Shown here in pieces: positions 47,698 to 56,902 of a DNA stretch of 64,000 bases. Location of the stretch: NCBI GenBank assembly GCA_049299895.1, contig JBAQYF010000031.1:1627-65626 (forward strand). The letters run 5' to 3'. Origin of the DNA: Candidatus Altiarchaeia archaeon (GTDB taxonomy: Archaea > Altiarchaeota > Altiarchaeia > IMC4 > QMZM01). The number at the start of each line of letters is the position of its first letter. Positions within the stretch are counted from its first letter, which is position 1. The position numbers and the translations under genes are program-made. The notes beneath the pieces are model-generated. The model ran no database searches. It was not told the origin of the DNA and worked only from the letters and a program-made list of their open reading frames with translations.

Positions 47698-48953
47698 CAT
47701 TTTTTGAGTATCACAACGCTTTCCCTCACAGGCCTTTCTTTGCGTATGCCTCCTACGTCGCACCACCTGGCTTTCGCGACGAGTATTTTTTCCGCTGTGA
47801 AACCTGCCTGTTCTCCGAGTTCCGCAAGGATCAAGTCAACATCTACCGTAAGGTCCGGGAGGCACGTGTTCCCGACGACGTAGCAGGCGTATCCGCCTAC
47901 TTTCATCTTTGGGTAGAGGTTTTCCAGGTGTATGTACATGTCTTCGAAATATCCTGTCAGGACTTCGGGGAACCTGCTTGACGTGATCGTTACCTCTTTT
48001 ACTTTTTCAAGTGTTTCTTTGAGTTTTTCAGACTTTATGCCTCCTTCTTTTTTGTATTCCGCACCCACGTGAGAGCGCAGGGACCTTTTGCGCAGATCTA
48101 TCAGTTCTTTTGTCCCGGACAGCAGGAGCGAGAGTTCCAGGCCGTACAGTTTTGTGTAATCGATGTAATTCAGGTATGGAGGAGACGTTATGCATGCTCC
48201 GACGCTGTCGTTTTCCAGCGGGAGGTCTCTTGCGTCTCCGATATGCGCTTCGGCAAAAATTCCTGTCGGCTGCGCGTTCTTCAGGTCTTTGTACATCCGT
48301 TTAAGCCGGTTCTTCAGTAGGTATCTTACGGGAGGAAGATGCCTTTTCTGCACTATCCTTATCACCCCGCCGTCTTTCTTTGTGTTGCTTGCTTCCGAGA
48401 CTATCGAGAGCAAACCGAGCATGAGGAAGTTACGCATCCTGTCGTCTTCTACGTCGAGTATTTTTTCCCGGAAGAATAGTATGTCGTTTCTCGCGTAGCG
48501 GGAGAATGCTTTACGCATGTCTATGAAGCCGGGATCCGCCCATTTGGTCGACGGCGTTCCGAATTTGAGTGCCGTGATATCCCGTATCTTCTGCGAGAGC
48601 GCGTCCAGGTCGTATCCTTCCTGGAGCTTTGTGTTCGCGACGAACACCCCTATAGGCAGTATGTCAAATCCTATCGCAGAATAGCCCGTCTGCTTTGCTG
48701 CTAGAAGCGTTGTGCCCGTACCGCAGAAGGGGTCGAGGACTAATGCGCCAGCGGGCACCTCCAGTTCTTTTAAGAGGTCTGTTACCAGGGTCTTTGAGAA
48801 TCCTTCCTTGTAATAGAACCAGTTGTATACGGGTTCCGTCTTGTTTTCCGCGAATGTTACCAGTTCTTCGTATTCAGGCTTCTTCTCAAGGAGTCCCGCG
48901 TATTTCCCTGCATGGGGTATCGACAATTCGAACAGGTCTTCAGCTCTTCTCAT
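47697..48953 (-). CDS. DNA amino-methyltransferase, paralogue of 2933..4165
   Basis: DPFCGTGTT (motif I), ITSPPYLN (motif IV), shared N- and C-terminal blocks with the first MTase. Confidence 0.75.
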   Translation of the reverse strand: MRRAEDLFELSIPHAGKYAGLLEKKPEYEELVTFAENKTEPVYNWFYYKEGFSKTLVTDLLKELEVPAGALVLDPFCGTGTTLLAAKQTGYSAIGFDILPIGVFVANTKLQEGYDLDALSQKIRDITALKFGTPSTKWADPGFIDMRKAFSRYARNDILFFREKILDVEDDRMRNFLMLGLLSIVSEASNTKKDGGVIRIVQKRHLPPVRYLLKNRLKRMYKDLKNAQPTGIFAEAHIGDARDLPLENDSVGACITSPPYLNYIDYTKLYGLELSLLLSGTKELIDLRKRSLRSHVGAEYKKEGGIKSEKLKETLEKVKEVTITSSRFPEVLTGYFEDMYIHLENLYPKMKVGGYACYVVGNTCLPDLTVDVDLILAELGEQAGFTAEKILVAKARWCDVGGIRKERPVRESVVILKK

Positions 48954-49485
48954 CTTTGCACAAGCTCTCTATATAGTCGTTTAATTCTATTATCCGTTTT
49001 ACCGCAGGGTGTCCTGCCCCAAGGCGGCTCTCGAATTTTTTCACGGTCTCTTCTATCGGTACGATACGATCGCCCTCTGTGAGATTGTCCGCATGGGCTA
49101 TCACTTTTTCTTCGAGGGACATTGGCAGATAGTCTTTTACCGGGAGTCCCAGTATCTCTGCTTCTTTCCGGTCTATCCCTGCGCCGATGTGCCGCTCGCA
49201 GACGCGCGCAATATCCGGGGAAATCTGCTCCATTATTTTTGCGCCCTCTATGCCGTGCTTTATCCCGTGGGTGCGGCATCTTCCGATGTCGTGCAAAAGG
49301 GCTGCGGTCTCCACAAAATCTACATCGATAACGACGCCTTTGGCCTTGATGGATTCTGCGATGCTTTTAGCATGCCTTGAAACGGCGCAGACGTGCTTCA
49401 TAAGGGATTCGTCGCATCCCTCTTTTTTTAGCAGAGAAATAGCCTGGTTCTTATCTACGGATCTTGTTGAGCTTTTTGATTTCAA
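48940..49485 (-). CDS. HD-domain phosphohydrolase
   Basis: LLHDIGR...HG....GA...HIGAG..IAHADNL. Confidence 0.7.
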   Translation of the reverse strand: MKSKSSTRSVDKNQAISLLKKEGCDESLMKHVCAVSRHAKSIAESIKAKGVVIDVDFVETAALLHDIGRCRTHGIKHGIEGAKIMEQISPDIARVCERHIGAGIDRKEAEILGLPVKDYLPMSLEEKVIAHADNLTEGDRIVPIEETVKKFESRLGAGHPAVKRIIELNDYIESLCKDEKS

Positions 49486-49942
49486 TCTCGAGCTTTTTTA
49501 TGATCTTGTCGTTGTCGGATTCTACGAATGCCTCGCTGCAGGACGGGCACATGAAGTTTGTCTCCATCGCTTCGCCGAGAGTCACGCGGTTGCATGCGCA
49601 GTTGAACGTGACGCCTTCTTTTTCCAGGTCGAGCTGCTTTTGCAGGTCGTTTAGTTTGCCGCTTATATGCGACTGGACGAATTCGTCTATGCGGTCCTCC
49701 CTTCTCTTCCAGAGATAGGTGTACCAGCCGGTCTTTTTGTTCTTGCTCCTCTCGTATTCCACGAGGTTCTTTATGTGCAGGTCATTTAAGAGCGTACGGA
49801 CGACTGTCGCCTTCAGGTTCAGTTCCGCGGCTATGTCCTCGTCATGCTTGGGCTTAGAAAGAGTTCCTATGACGGTCACATGTCCTTCACTCAAAGTCTC
49901 AGAAAGAATATCAGTTAGTAGAGAATTTTCGGCAACCATCAT
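49451..49942 (-). CDS. tfe: Transcription factor E (TFE alpha, TFIIE-alpha homologue)
   Basis: Winged-helix N-terminal domain followed by Zn-ribbon CACN...CPSC. Archaeal marker. The ORF track has an N-terminal extension; start taken at MMVAEN. Confidence 0.7.
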   Translation of the reverse strand: MMVAENSLLTDILSETLSEGHVTVIGTLSKPKHDEDIAAELNLKATVVRTLLNDLHIKNLVEYERSKNKKTGWYTYLWKRREDRIDEFVQSHISGKLNDLQKQLDLEKEGVTFNCACNRVTLGEAMETNFMCPSCSEAFVESDNDKIIKKLEIEIKKLNKIRR

Positions 49943-49983
49943 ATAACTATACGAATTACACAAATAAATATGCATTCTGGACA

Positions 49984-52167
49984 CTATTCTGCCGAACCAT
50001 TCTTGGTTTCTTGTGTTTTGTCCTTCTCATCTGACTCTTTTTCGTTCTTCTTTCCGGGGGCATATCCCATAGGTATGGCTTTTCCTCCGGCCGCATTTTT
50101 CTGTTCCCCCGCATCGTTTTCCGGGGAGGATTTGCCGACAGCAGGTTCGGATGAAACGGTCTTTTCAATGGGGGATTCAGGAGATCCGGTTATGTTTTCA
50201 ACTACATCCGCGCCCAGTGGGATAGCACCCGACCGGTAGGACGTTTGTTTCTCAGTCTCTGCGGAGTCTAAAGGCTCTCTTTCATCGGATACTGTACTTG
50301 AAGCTGCGAATTCGTCCATGGTTTCTTCCCTGCCGACAGCCGTTGAAACCCCGCCTAAATAATCTTTTTGCGTTTCGTCCTTTGGCCCCTTTTTGGACTT
50401 AGACGGTTTGTGATCCTTCATCTGCTTTATGCCGAATCCGATTAATAGTACAAGTACTAGTCCCGCCAGCCCGAGGATCAATGGAGATTGTCCCTTGCTG
50501 TCTACTGAAGAAGGCTCTGTTGTTGAGGGCACATCCTCCGGAAGGGTTGTATCCTCTTCTTGAACGGTTGTGGTCGATGACGTGGTCTCTTCGCTTTTTC
50601 CCATCTCCTCCAGGAATTCCTCGCATCTGGTAACTCCTTCGGAATCGCCCGCCTCAATGTATAAGTCTTTAGCCTTTAGGAGTAACTCTTTTGCTTCCGC
50701 GTATCTGCCCAGGTAATATTCGCTTCGCGCCTTCTTGTAGAAGGATAGCCCGGTATCTTTTCGCACATCCTTTACGCTGGAGTTTATCGTAAGGAACAAT
50801 GAATCGCACGCAGTCAGTCCCTCGGAATCGGAAAGCTGCGAATAAATGTCTTTTGCATACGTTAAGTTGACCAGTGCCCCGGAGTATTTTCCGGCCGCAT
50901 AATTGTCCCTTGCCTCCTGATAATATGCTGCCGCAAGCTGCGCTTTTATGAATCGCTCGTTGGTCTCGTAGACAGTTATGTCTTTCCCTGAGGACATGAC
51001 ATAGTCGGCATACTTATTTTCCCCCAGATCGGTTACGATGATCCTCTCTATCGGCGCCGAGAGCACGTAGGACCATTTAAGCTTCCCTGCGCCGTTAAGA
51101 ACGTATATGTTCTGCGTAGTTGCAAGCACCACTTCTTTTCCTGCGTCTATGTCCAGGTTCAGGGAATAAACGCTCCTCAGGTTACGCGACGGGCTCCGGT
51201 ACTGCCACAGCATGATGCCATCCAGGTCCAGGAGATACGCTCCCTCGACTGATGGACTGGTAAACCAGACTAGGAATTCGTTAGCCTTTCCCCCGGATAT
51301 CTTGTCGGAGAAGACATCAGTTATAGTATAAGTGTTGTCAAGAGACTTGAACAATGAAACGGTAGTTCCGTCCAGGGCCCACAGGGAAATATCCGTTGAA
51401 CCGGAGACCATGACCTTTCCTGCCGCCTTCTGCAGGTAGATGGAATGAACATACCACAGGATATTATTGGTCCGGTAAGAAACCGCCAGAGTCCGGTTCG
51501 GAAGGAATACCAGGACGCTCCCGTTCTCGTAGCGATTCTCAGTATAGTTGCGTAGGTAAGTCTGATTCCCGGTATCAGGATTCGTCCCGGTCGAAATCTT
51601 TTCGATATAATCGATATTCGATCCGCCCGACGCGACCAGAAGCTCGGGGATGCCGTCTCCGTTGAGGTCTTCAGCCCTGATATCCCGCACCCAGTCGCCC
51701 ACCTCAAGCCACTTGACGGGCTCTTTTGCCCCGTACTCGATCATGTAAACGTCCCCCAGGCTGCGGGTGACCATGTAGACTATCTCGGGCTTCTCATGGA
51801 TGTTGTTCCTGTCAGAGAAATCAAAGCGCTCAACCGACAGGTTCCAAGTCTTCATATAGCCTGCGCCGAGAAGTATCTCGCCTGCGCCGTCTCTGTCTAT
51901 ATCGGCAACGTATATCACGGAAACAGTATAATTGATCGGGTAGGTACGTATCTGCCGTCCCCCGGCGTTGAACACATATACCTTGAGGGAATCTGCGGCA
52001 ATTATCTCGGAAACATTGTCTCCGTCAAGATCGCCAACTCCAAGGGCCGTTATCCCGTCATCCACAGACGCAGCCCACTTGGAGGAAAGCTGCTCTACCG
52101 CAGCGTACGCAGACCCGGCAGTACATATGAGCACACACAAAATGAATACGGCGTTATTTGTAGACAT
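49984..52167 (-). CDS. Large cell-surface protein (FG-GAP/VCBS-like beta-propeller repeats, TPR-like segment, Ser/Thr-rich stalk, C-terminal TM anchor)
   Basis: Signal peptide, repeated D.DGDG..E(I/L)(I/L) motifs, TM helix PLILGLAGLVLVLLIGF near the C-terminus with a charged tail. Confidence 0.55.
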   Translation of the reverse strand: MSTNNAVFILCVLICTAGSAYAAVEQLSSKWAASVDDGITALGVGDLDGDNVSEIIAADSLKVYVFNAGGRQIRTYPINYTVSVIYVADIDRDGAGEILLGAGYMKTWNLSVERFDFSDRNNIHEKPEIVYMVTRSLGDVYMIEYGAKEPVKWLEVGDWVRDIRAEDLNGDGIPELLVASGGSNIDYIEKISTGTNPDTGNQTYLRNYTENRYENGSVLVFLPNRTLAVSYRTNNILWYVHSIYLQKAAGKVMVSGSTDISLWALDGTTVSLFKSLDNTYTITDVFSDKISGGKANEFLVWFTSPSVEGAYLLDLDGIMLWQYRSPSRNLRSVYSLNLDIDAGKEVVLATTQNIYVLNGAGKLKWSYVLSAPIERIIVTDLGENKYADYVMSSGKDITVYETNERFIKAQLAAAYYQEARDNYAAGKYSGALVNLTYAKDIYSQLSDSEGLTACDSLFLTINSSVKDVRKDTGLSFYKKARSEYYLGRYAEAKELLLKAKDLYIEAGDSEGVTRCEEFLEEMGKSEETTSSTTTVQEEDTTLPEDVPSTTEPSSVDSKGQSPLILGLAGLVLVLLIGFGIKQMKDHKPSKSKKGPKDETQKDYLGGVSTAVGREETMDEFAASSTVSDEREPLDSAETEKQTSYRSGAIPLGADVVENITGSPESPIEKTVSSEPAVGKSSPENDAGEQKNAAGGKAIPMGYAPGKKNEKESDEKDKTQETKNGSAE

Positions 52168-52223
52168 AATAATTAATAAGTTAAATTATTATATATAGAT
52201 TCACCTTTTACACATATATTAGA

Positions 52224-52892
52224 ATGAATAGAATGGAAAAAACACCCCAAAACGCGCTCTGGATAGAATTAAAGAACGTGGTAGGAGCAATAAAAAGCAT
52301 CAGCACCGTCATCGCTGACCACGAGGGGAACATAACCCACATAGAACAGATAGGCCAAAAAGAGAACGCCTACCTCTACCTGGAAATAGAAGGAGCCCAG
52401 AATTTTCCAAAGCTCGTAAAAGACATGCAAAAACTCGCCGTCGCAGTGAGCGTTACCACCGTCCCGACATTCGGGAACGTATACGGAAAACGGGTGATCG
52501 TGATCGGCGGAGGAGCGCAAATAGCGGAAGTCGCCAAGGGAGCGATATCGGAAGCCGACCGCCACAACCTCAGGGGAGAGAAAATATCTGTCGACACCAT
52601 CCCGCTCGTAGGCGAAAAAGAGATATCCGAAGCGGTACGCGCAGTCGCAAGGCTGCCTAGGGCGAAAATAATCATACTGGCCGGAGCCATCATGGGAGGA
52701 GAGATAACGGAAGCCGTAAAGGAAGTGCAGGAACACGGAATACCCGTCGTGTCTTTGAACATGGCAGGATCAGTGCCAGACGTCGCAGACCTTGTCGTGA
52801 CGGATCCGATACAGGCAGGAGTGATGTCGGTAATGCACATTGCGGATACGGCGAAATTCAGGATAGAGAAGCAGAAGGGGCATAGGTACTAG
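52224..52892 (+). CDS. Hypothetical protein with N-terminal ACT-like domain (archaeal DUF5612-like)
   Basis: ORF only. Weak recollection of the archaeal ACT-domain family. Confidence 0.45.
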   Translation: MNRMEKTPQNALWIELKNVVGAIKSISTVIADHEGNITHIEQIGQKENAYLYLEIEGAQNFPKLVKDMQKLAVAVSVTTVPTFGNVYGKRVIVIGGGAQIAEVAKGAISEADRHNLRGEKISVDTIPLVGEKEISEAVRAVARLPRAKIIILAGAIMGGEITEAVKEVQEHGIPVVSLNMAGSVPDVADLVVTDPIQAGVMSVMHIADTAKFRIEKQKGHRY

Positions 52893-53303
52893 ATGAAAGA
52901 TACTAAGGATGTTGCAGTAGAATTTGTCTTGGATTATGAAAAGAAACAGGGACGGATCGCTCGAGACGTGCAATCAGACCAGAAATGCAAAGGTTACGAC
53001 GTTCTTAGCCATTCAAATGAGGGAAAGATTGCCCGGACAATAGAGGTGAAAGGAACACGTTCGGGGAATATTCCTGATTTCTATGCTACGGAAATTGAAA
53101 ATGGAAAGCTAGTTGCTTCGCATCTTTATGTGGTTTCCGTCAAAGAAAATTCTGATGAAATAGATAGATTTTTTATTATTGAAAGATCTGAAATAAGACC
53201 TGAAGATTTCAGTAAGGAAAAACCCCGTTACCGAATAAAGTTCAGAAAATTAGACTCAGGAAATATTGACAAATATGAGATGAAGCGATCAAATTTTATA
53301 TGA
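52893..53303 (+). CDS. Small DUF3883-like (restriction-endonuclease-fold) domain protein
   Basis: KGYDVLSHSNEGKIARTIEVKGT resembles the DUF3883 core (GYD...IEVK). AT-rich gene immediately after the previous stop. Confidence 0.45.
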   Translation: MKDTKDVAVEFVLDYEKKQGRIARDVQSDQKCKGYDVLSHSNEGKIARTIEVKGTRSGNIPDFYATEIENGKLVASHLYVVSVKENSDEIDRFFIIERSEIRPEDFSKEKPRYRIKFRKLDSGNIDKYEMKRSNFI

Positions 53304-53307
53304 TCAA

Positions 53308-54615
53308 TTACATTTCCTCCATCAGCCACTTCCACATGGGAACCATTTTCACCTTCTTCCCCGCGTGCTCCTCTACTCCTTCCTCGTCCCACGTTATTAT
53401 CATGAGTTCATCGCATCTCAGGTCCTTTGACGCCGCTATCAGCCCTTTGATCTCCCGTTTTTTCGTCTTTTCGTCTGAGAGGTTGTGGCATACTTGTATG
53501 ATCTCCGTTACTTTCGTCCCTTTCTTTGTTATGAAATCCGTCTCGTTTCCTGCGTAGTCTTTCCAGTAGTATAGCTCTGTGCCTGCTTCTCCTTTGCGTC
53601 TCATCAGTTCTATTGCGGCGATGTTCTCCATCAGTCTACCGGTGTTTTCAGTGCTCGTTATTCCGATCGCTTTTATCAGGCCAGTGTCTATCGCGTATGT
53701 TTTCCTGGGCATGCGTATCTGTTCTTTGATCTTGTAGGAAAAGTTTGGCAGCTGTATCACGAGGTATGATTCTTCGGCGTATGCCGCGTAATTCTTTATG
53801 GTGTGCTTGCTCTTTATTTCAAAGACGTTCTTTATCTTTTTGTAGGTTAGCGGGCTTGCGTAGTTCGATACCATATAGGTCACTATCTCGCGCAGAGTGT
53901 TTGTATTTCTTATTTTGTGCCTGCCTACGATGTCTTTGCTTACTATGGAGTCGTAGAGGTCTCTTAGGTATCTTGCGGGGTCGGGGAAGAGGTATGCTTC
54001 CGGGAAGCCTCCTTTTTCCATGTATTCCTTTAGTTCGTTTTTGGATTTTCCAAGGTCTTCTGCGATTTGGGGGCGTTCTTTCTGATCGGTTTTCCGGTAT
54101 TGCAGGAATTCAGCGTAGGAGAAGGGAAAAAGCTCTAAGGAGACGTGTCTTCCAGTTAAGTGCGTTGCCAGCTCTTTTCCGAGGAGTTTTGCATTGCTTC
54201 CAGTGACCAGTATCTTTAGTCCCTGCCTTTGCAGGCGGTTTACGAATAATTCCCAGCCGGGAACGTTTTGTGCTTCGTCCAGGAGCAGGTGCTCAAAGTC
54301 TCCATATACTTCGTACAACAGTTCTAGAATAGTGTCCAGATCGCCCGTTGAGACGCCGTAAAAACGCTCGTCGTCAAAGTTGACATATGCATACTTTTTG
54401 TCTCTCAGAAGCTGGAGGCATAGAGTGGATTTGCCGCATCGTCTGACCCCAAGTACGACGATTATAAGACCTGATTTCAGCAGCTGCTCACCTGTTACAT
54501 AGGCTTCCCTTTGTATGTAGTCCCTGTTTTGGTATTTCTTTTCTATTTCTGCTTTCTGCGCCAGGAGGACTGAACGGGCAGTGTTTCTATCCATTAAGTT
54601 ATATATAGAATGCAA
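53308..54615 (-). CDS. AAA+ ATPase of the AAA_14/DUF4143 family (paralogue of 8142..9569)
   Basis: Walker A GVRRCGKST, Walker B LLLDEAQ. Confidence 0.7.
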   Translation of the reverse strand: MHSIYNLMDRNTARSVLLAQKAEIEKKYQNRDYIQREAYVTGEQLLKSGLIIVVLGVRRCGKSTLCLQLLRDKKYAYVNFDDERFYGVSTGDLDTILELLYEVYGDFEHLLLDEAQNVPGWELFVNRLQRQGLKILVTGSNAKLLGKELATHLTGRHVSLELFPFSYAEFLQYRKTDQKERPQIAEDLGKSKNELKEYMEKGGFPEAYLFPDPARYLRDLYDSIVSKDIVGRHKIRNTNTLREIVTYMVSNYASPLTYKKIKNVFEIKSKHTIKNYAAYAEESYLVIQLPNFSYKIKEQIRMPRKTYAIDTGLIKAIGITSTENTGRLMENIAAIELMRRKGEAGTELYYWKDYAGNETDFITKKGTKVTEIIQVCHNLSDEKTKKREIKGLIAASKDLRCDELMIITWDEEGVEEHAGKKVKMVPMWKWLMEEM

Positions 54616-54825
54616 AACATATAAATTAGAGCATTATACTGCACTAATTCGGCCAAATTAGTGCACTATACTGCACTATTTTAGAAAGGTCTTAAAAAAG
54701 CATACCCAGCAACCCCTATTTTTTTGGATTTTAATCATCTAACGGCAGTGGTACCCTTGGGTACCACCCGGGGAGGGTCAGGTCCCAGGGAATGCAGGGC
54801 AGTGCCTGCAAATACCAAAAACTGG

Positions 54826-54845
54826 GGAGGGGCGGTAGCCCCTCC
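54826..54845 (-). terminator. Hairpin GGAGGGGC-GGTA-GCCCCTCC followed on the minus strand by a T5 tract, 3' of gene 54855..55160
   Basis: Perfect 8-bp GC-rich stem plus a T-run immediately downstream of the minus-strand stop codon. Confidence 0.4.
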
Positions 54846-54854
54846 GCGGTTTGG

Positions 54855-55160
54855 TTAGAAAAACTCGTTCAGCGGCTTTGCCGGCAGCTTCGTATAGCTT
54901 CTGCCTGCTTCGATCTTTGTTGAGTCCACAAGTTTTTTCATCAGCTTGTTGTTCTCTTTCTGCAGTTCCATCAGTGGGTGCATGTCTATCCTTGCGGGGA
55001 CGGACGTTTTGGTCTCCATTAGCGCAGTCAGCTTGTCCATCTTTCTGTTCTGCTCCCTTACGGCTTCTATGTGGCTCTTTAACAGCTTGTTTGTCTCTTT
55101 CTGCGCTTCGAGGATCTTGTTTAGGGCGTTTTTTTCGCCGTTTTCGGTTTTTTGAGGCAT
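54855..55160 (-). CDS. Small coiled-coil hypothetical protein
   Basis: ORF with heptad-like Lys/Glu/Leu-rich sequence. Confidence 0.4.
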   Translation of the reverse strand: MPQKTENGEKNALNKILEAQKETNKLLKSHIEAVREQNRKMDKLTALMETKTSVPARIDMHPLMELQKENNKLMKKLVDSTKIEAGRSYTKLPAKPLNEFF

Positions 55161-55257
55161 TTTTGCGGTCTTATAAGCCTGTAAGTCGCTTATATATTAT
55201 TCGGTTATTATTATAGATGCGTATAAGAAAACACATTCTTTTTTGGAGGATTCTAAG

Positions 55258-56091
55258 ATGAAGGTTCCGTTTGTTAAGATGCATGGGGCAGGAAACGATT
55301 TCATCGTTATAGACGAATACTCAGGGCAGCTTATCGCAGAGAGGGATAAGCCTGCATTCATCGCCAAGTATTGCAGGAGACATTTTGGCGTGGGAGCCGA
55401 CGGAGTCATATTCGTGCAGAAGTCAACGTCAGCCGATGCGAGGTTTGTGTTCTATAATCCTGACGGAAGCCGCGCGGAGATGTGCGGAAACGGCATACGC
55501 TGCTTTGCCAAATATGTCTACGACAAGGGCATTGTCAAAAAGCAGAACATGAGCGTAGACACGACCGCAGGAGTAAAGAACGTGGAGGTCTTCTTATCGG
55601 ACGGCAAGGTCTCCTCGGCCAAAGTGGACATGGGCGTTCCGGGGATAGAATTCACGGCAAAAGAAGTGGAAGTATCAGGCCTCATCAACAGAGTCACTTC
55701 GATCAACATGGGCAACCCTCATGCCATCGTCTTCGTCGACGACGTGGACGAAGTGGACGTTGTCGCTGTGGGTAGAAGGCTTCGCAATCAGAATGAACTT
55801 TTTCCAAGGGGAACGAATGTTCATTTCGTCCAGAAAACAAAAGACAATGAATTCTGCATCAGGACCTATGAGCGGGGCGTTGAAGACGAAACACTTGCCT
55901 GCGGTACGGGCATCTGCGCTTCAGCGGTAGCCGGGGTCCTGGACGAGTTAGCGGACGGTTCCAGGCCTATCGTCTTCCATGCCCGGGGGGGCAAATTGAT
56001 AATCGATTTAAAGAACGATTTTGCGAACACAAAGAGGGTATATATGACAGGCCCCGCAGAGGAAGTATTCAGCGGCGAACTGGATGTATAA
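55258..56091 (+). CDS. dapF: Diaminopimelate epimerase
   Basis: MHGAGNDFIVID, catalytic CGNGIRC and ACGTG motifs. Confidence 0.85.
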   Translation: MKVPFVKMHGAGNDFIVIDEYSGQLIAERDKPAFIAKYCRRHFGVGADGVIFVQKSTSADARFVFYNPDGSRAEMCGNGIRCFAKYVYDKGIVKKQNMSVDTTAGVKNVEVFLSDGKVSSAKVDMGVPGIEFTAKEVEVSGLINRVTSINMGNPHAIVFVDDVDEVDVVAVGRRLRNQNELFPRGTNVHFVQKTKDNEFCIRTYERGVEDETLACGTGICASAVAGVLDELADGSRPIVFHARGGKLIIDLKNDFANTKRVYMTGPAEEVFSGELDV

Positions 56092-56101
56092 GAGGGATAG
56101 G

Positions 56102-56902
56102 TCACTCATTTACCGCGTAATTTCTCATGCGCCCGATTTCTTCTATCTCCGAATCGATGACGTCTCCGTCTTTTATCGGCCCAACCCCTTCGGGTGTCCC
56201 CGATGCTATGACGTCTCCCGGCATCAGGGTCATGTATCCGGATACATAGGACACTATTTGCGCAGGCTTCAATAACATGTCCCCTGTGTTAGACTTCTGC
56301 TTCGTCTTCCCGTTGACCTTCAGTTCCAGGAATAGGTTCCCGGGATCCTTGATATATTCCTTTGGCACGATGCACGGACCGATCGGCGCGAACGTATCCA
56401 TTCCCTTGCATATGTCCCATGGGTCGCCTTTTTTCCTGGCTTCCCATTGCAAGTCTCTTGCGGTTATGTCCAGTATCATCGTGTATCCCGCGATGTAGTC
56501 CTGCGCCTCCTCCGGGCCTATGTGTTTTCCTTTTTTTCCGATGACTATTCCAAGTTCTATCTCGTGCTCGACCTGGGACGAGATATCCGGGAGTTTTATC
56601 GCTTCGTTTGGCCCTATCACGGATGTCGAAGGCTTTAGGAATATTATGGGCTTGTTGTCTGCGGATTTTAGTTCCTTGTTGTGTTCGGCGTAGTTCCATC
56701 CGAGGCCGATTATTTTCGGGGGAATCAGTGGAGAAGATAGTTTAATCCGAGCGCCCGGTGTTATCTCTTTTTTCCCGGAGGAATCAAAGCCCGATGCGAT
56801 GCATTCGATCATGCCCCGGTATGGTAGAATGTAGGTCTTTTTCCCGGATACGCAGCCTACATGCGCCTTTCCTTCATAAAGAAAGGAAATGAAGGAAATC
56901 AT
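56102..56902 (-). CDS. Fumarylacetoacetate hydrolase (FAH) family protein
   Basis: GLGWNYAEH...EHEIELGIVIGKKG...GDVIASGTPEGVG. ATG overlaps the ilvC stop (ATGA). Confidence 0.75.
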   Translation of the reverse strand: MISFISFLYEGKAHVGCVSGKKTYILPYRGMIECIASGFDSSGKKEITPGARIKLSSPLIPPKIIGLGWNYAEHNKELKSADNKPIIFLKPSTSVIGPNEAIKLPDISSQVEHEIELGIVIGKKGKHIGPEEAQDYIAGYTMILDITARDLQWEARKKGDPWDICKGMDTFAPIGPCIVPKEYIKDPGNLFLELKVNGKTKQKSNTGDMLLKPAQIVSYVSGYMTLMPGDVIASGTPEGVGPIKDGDVIDSEIEEIGRMRNYAVNE

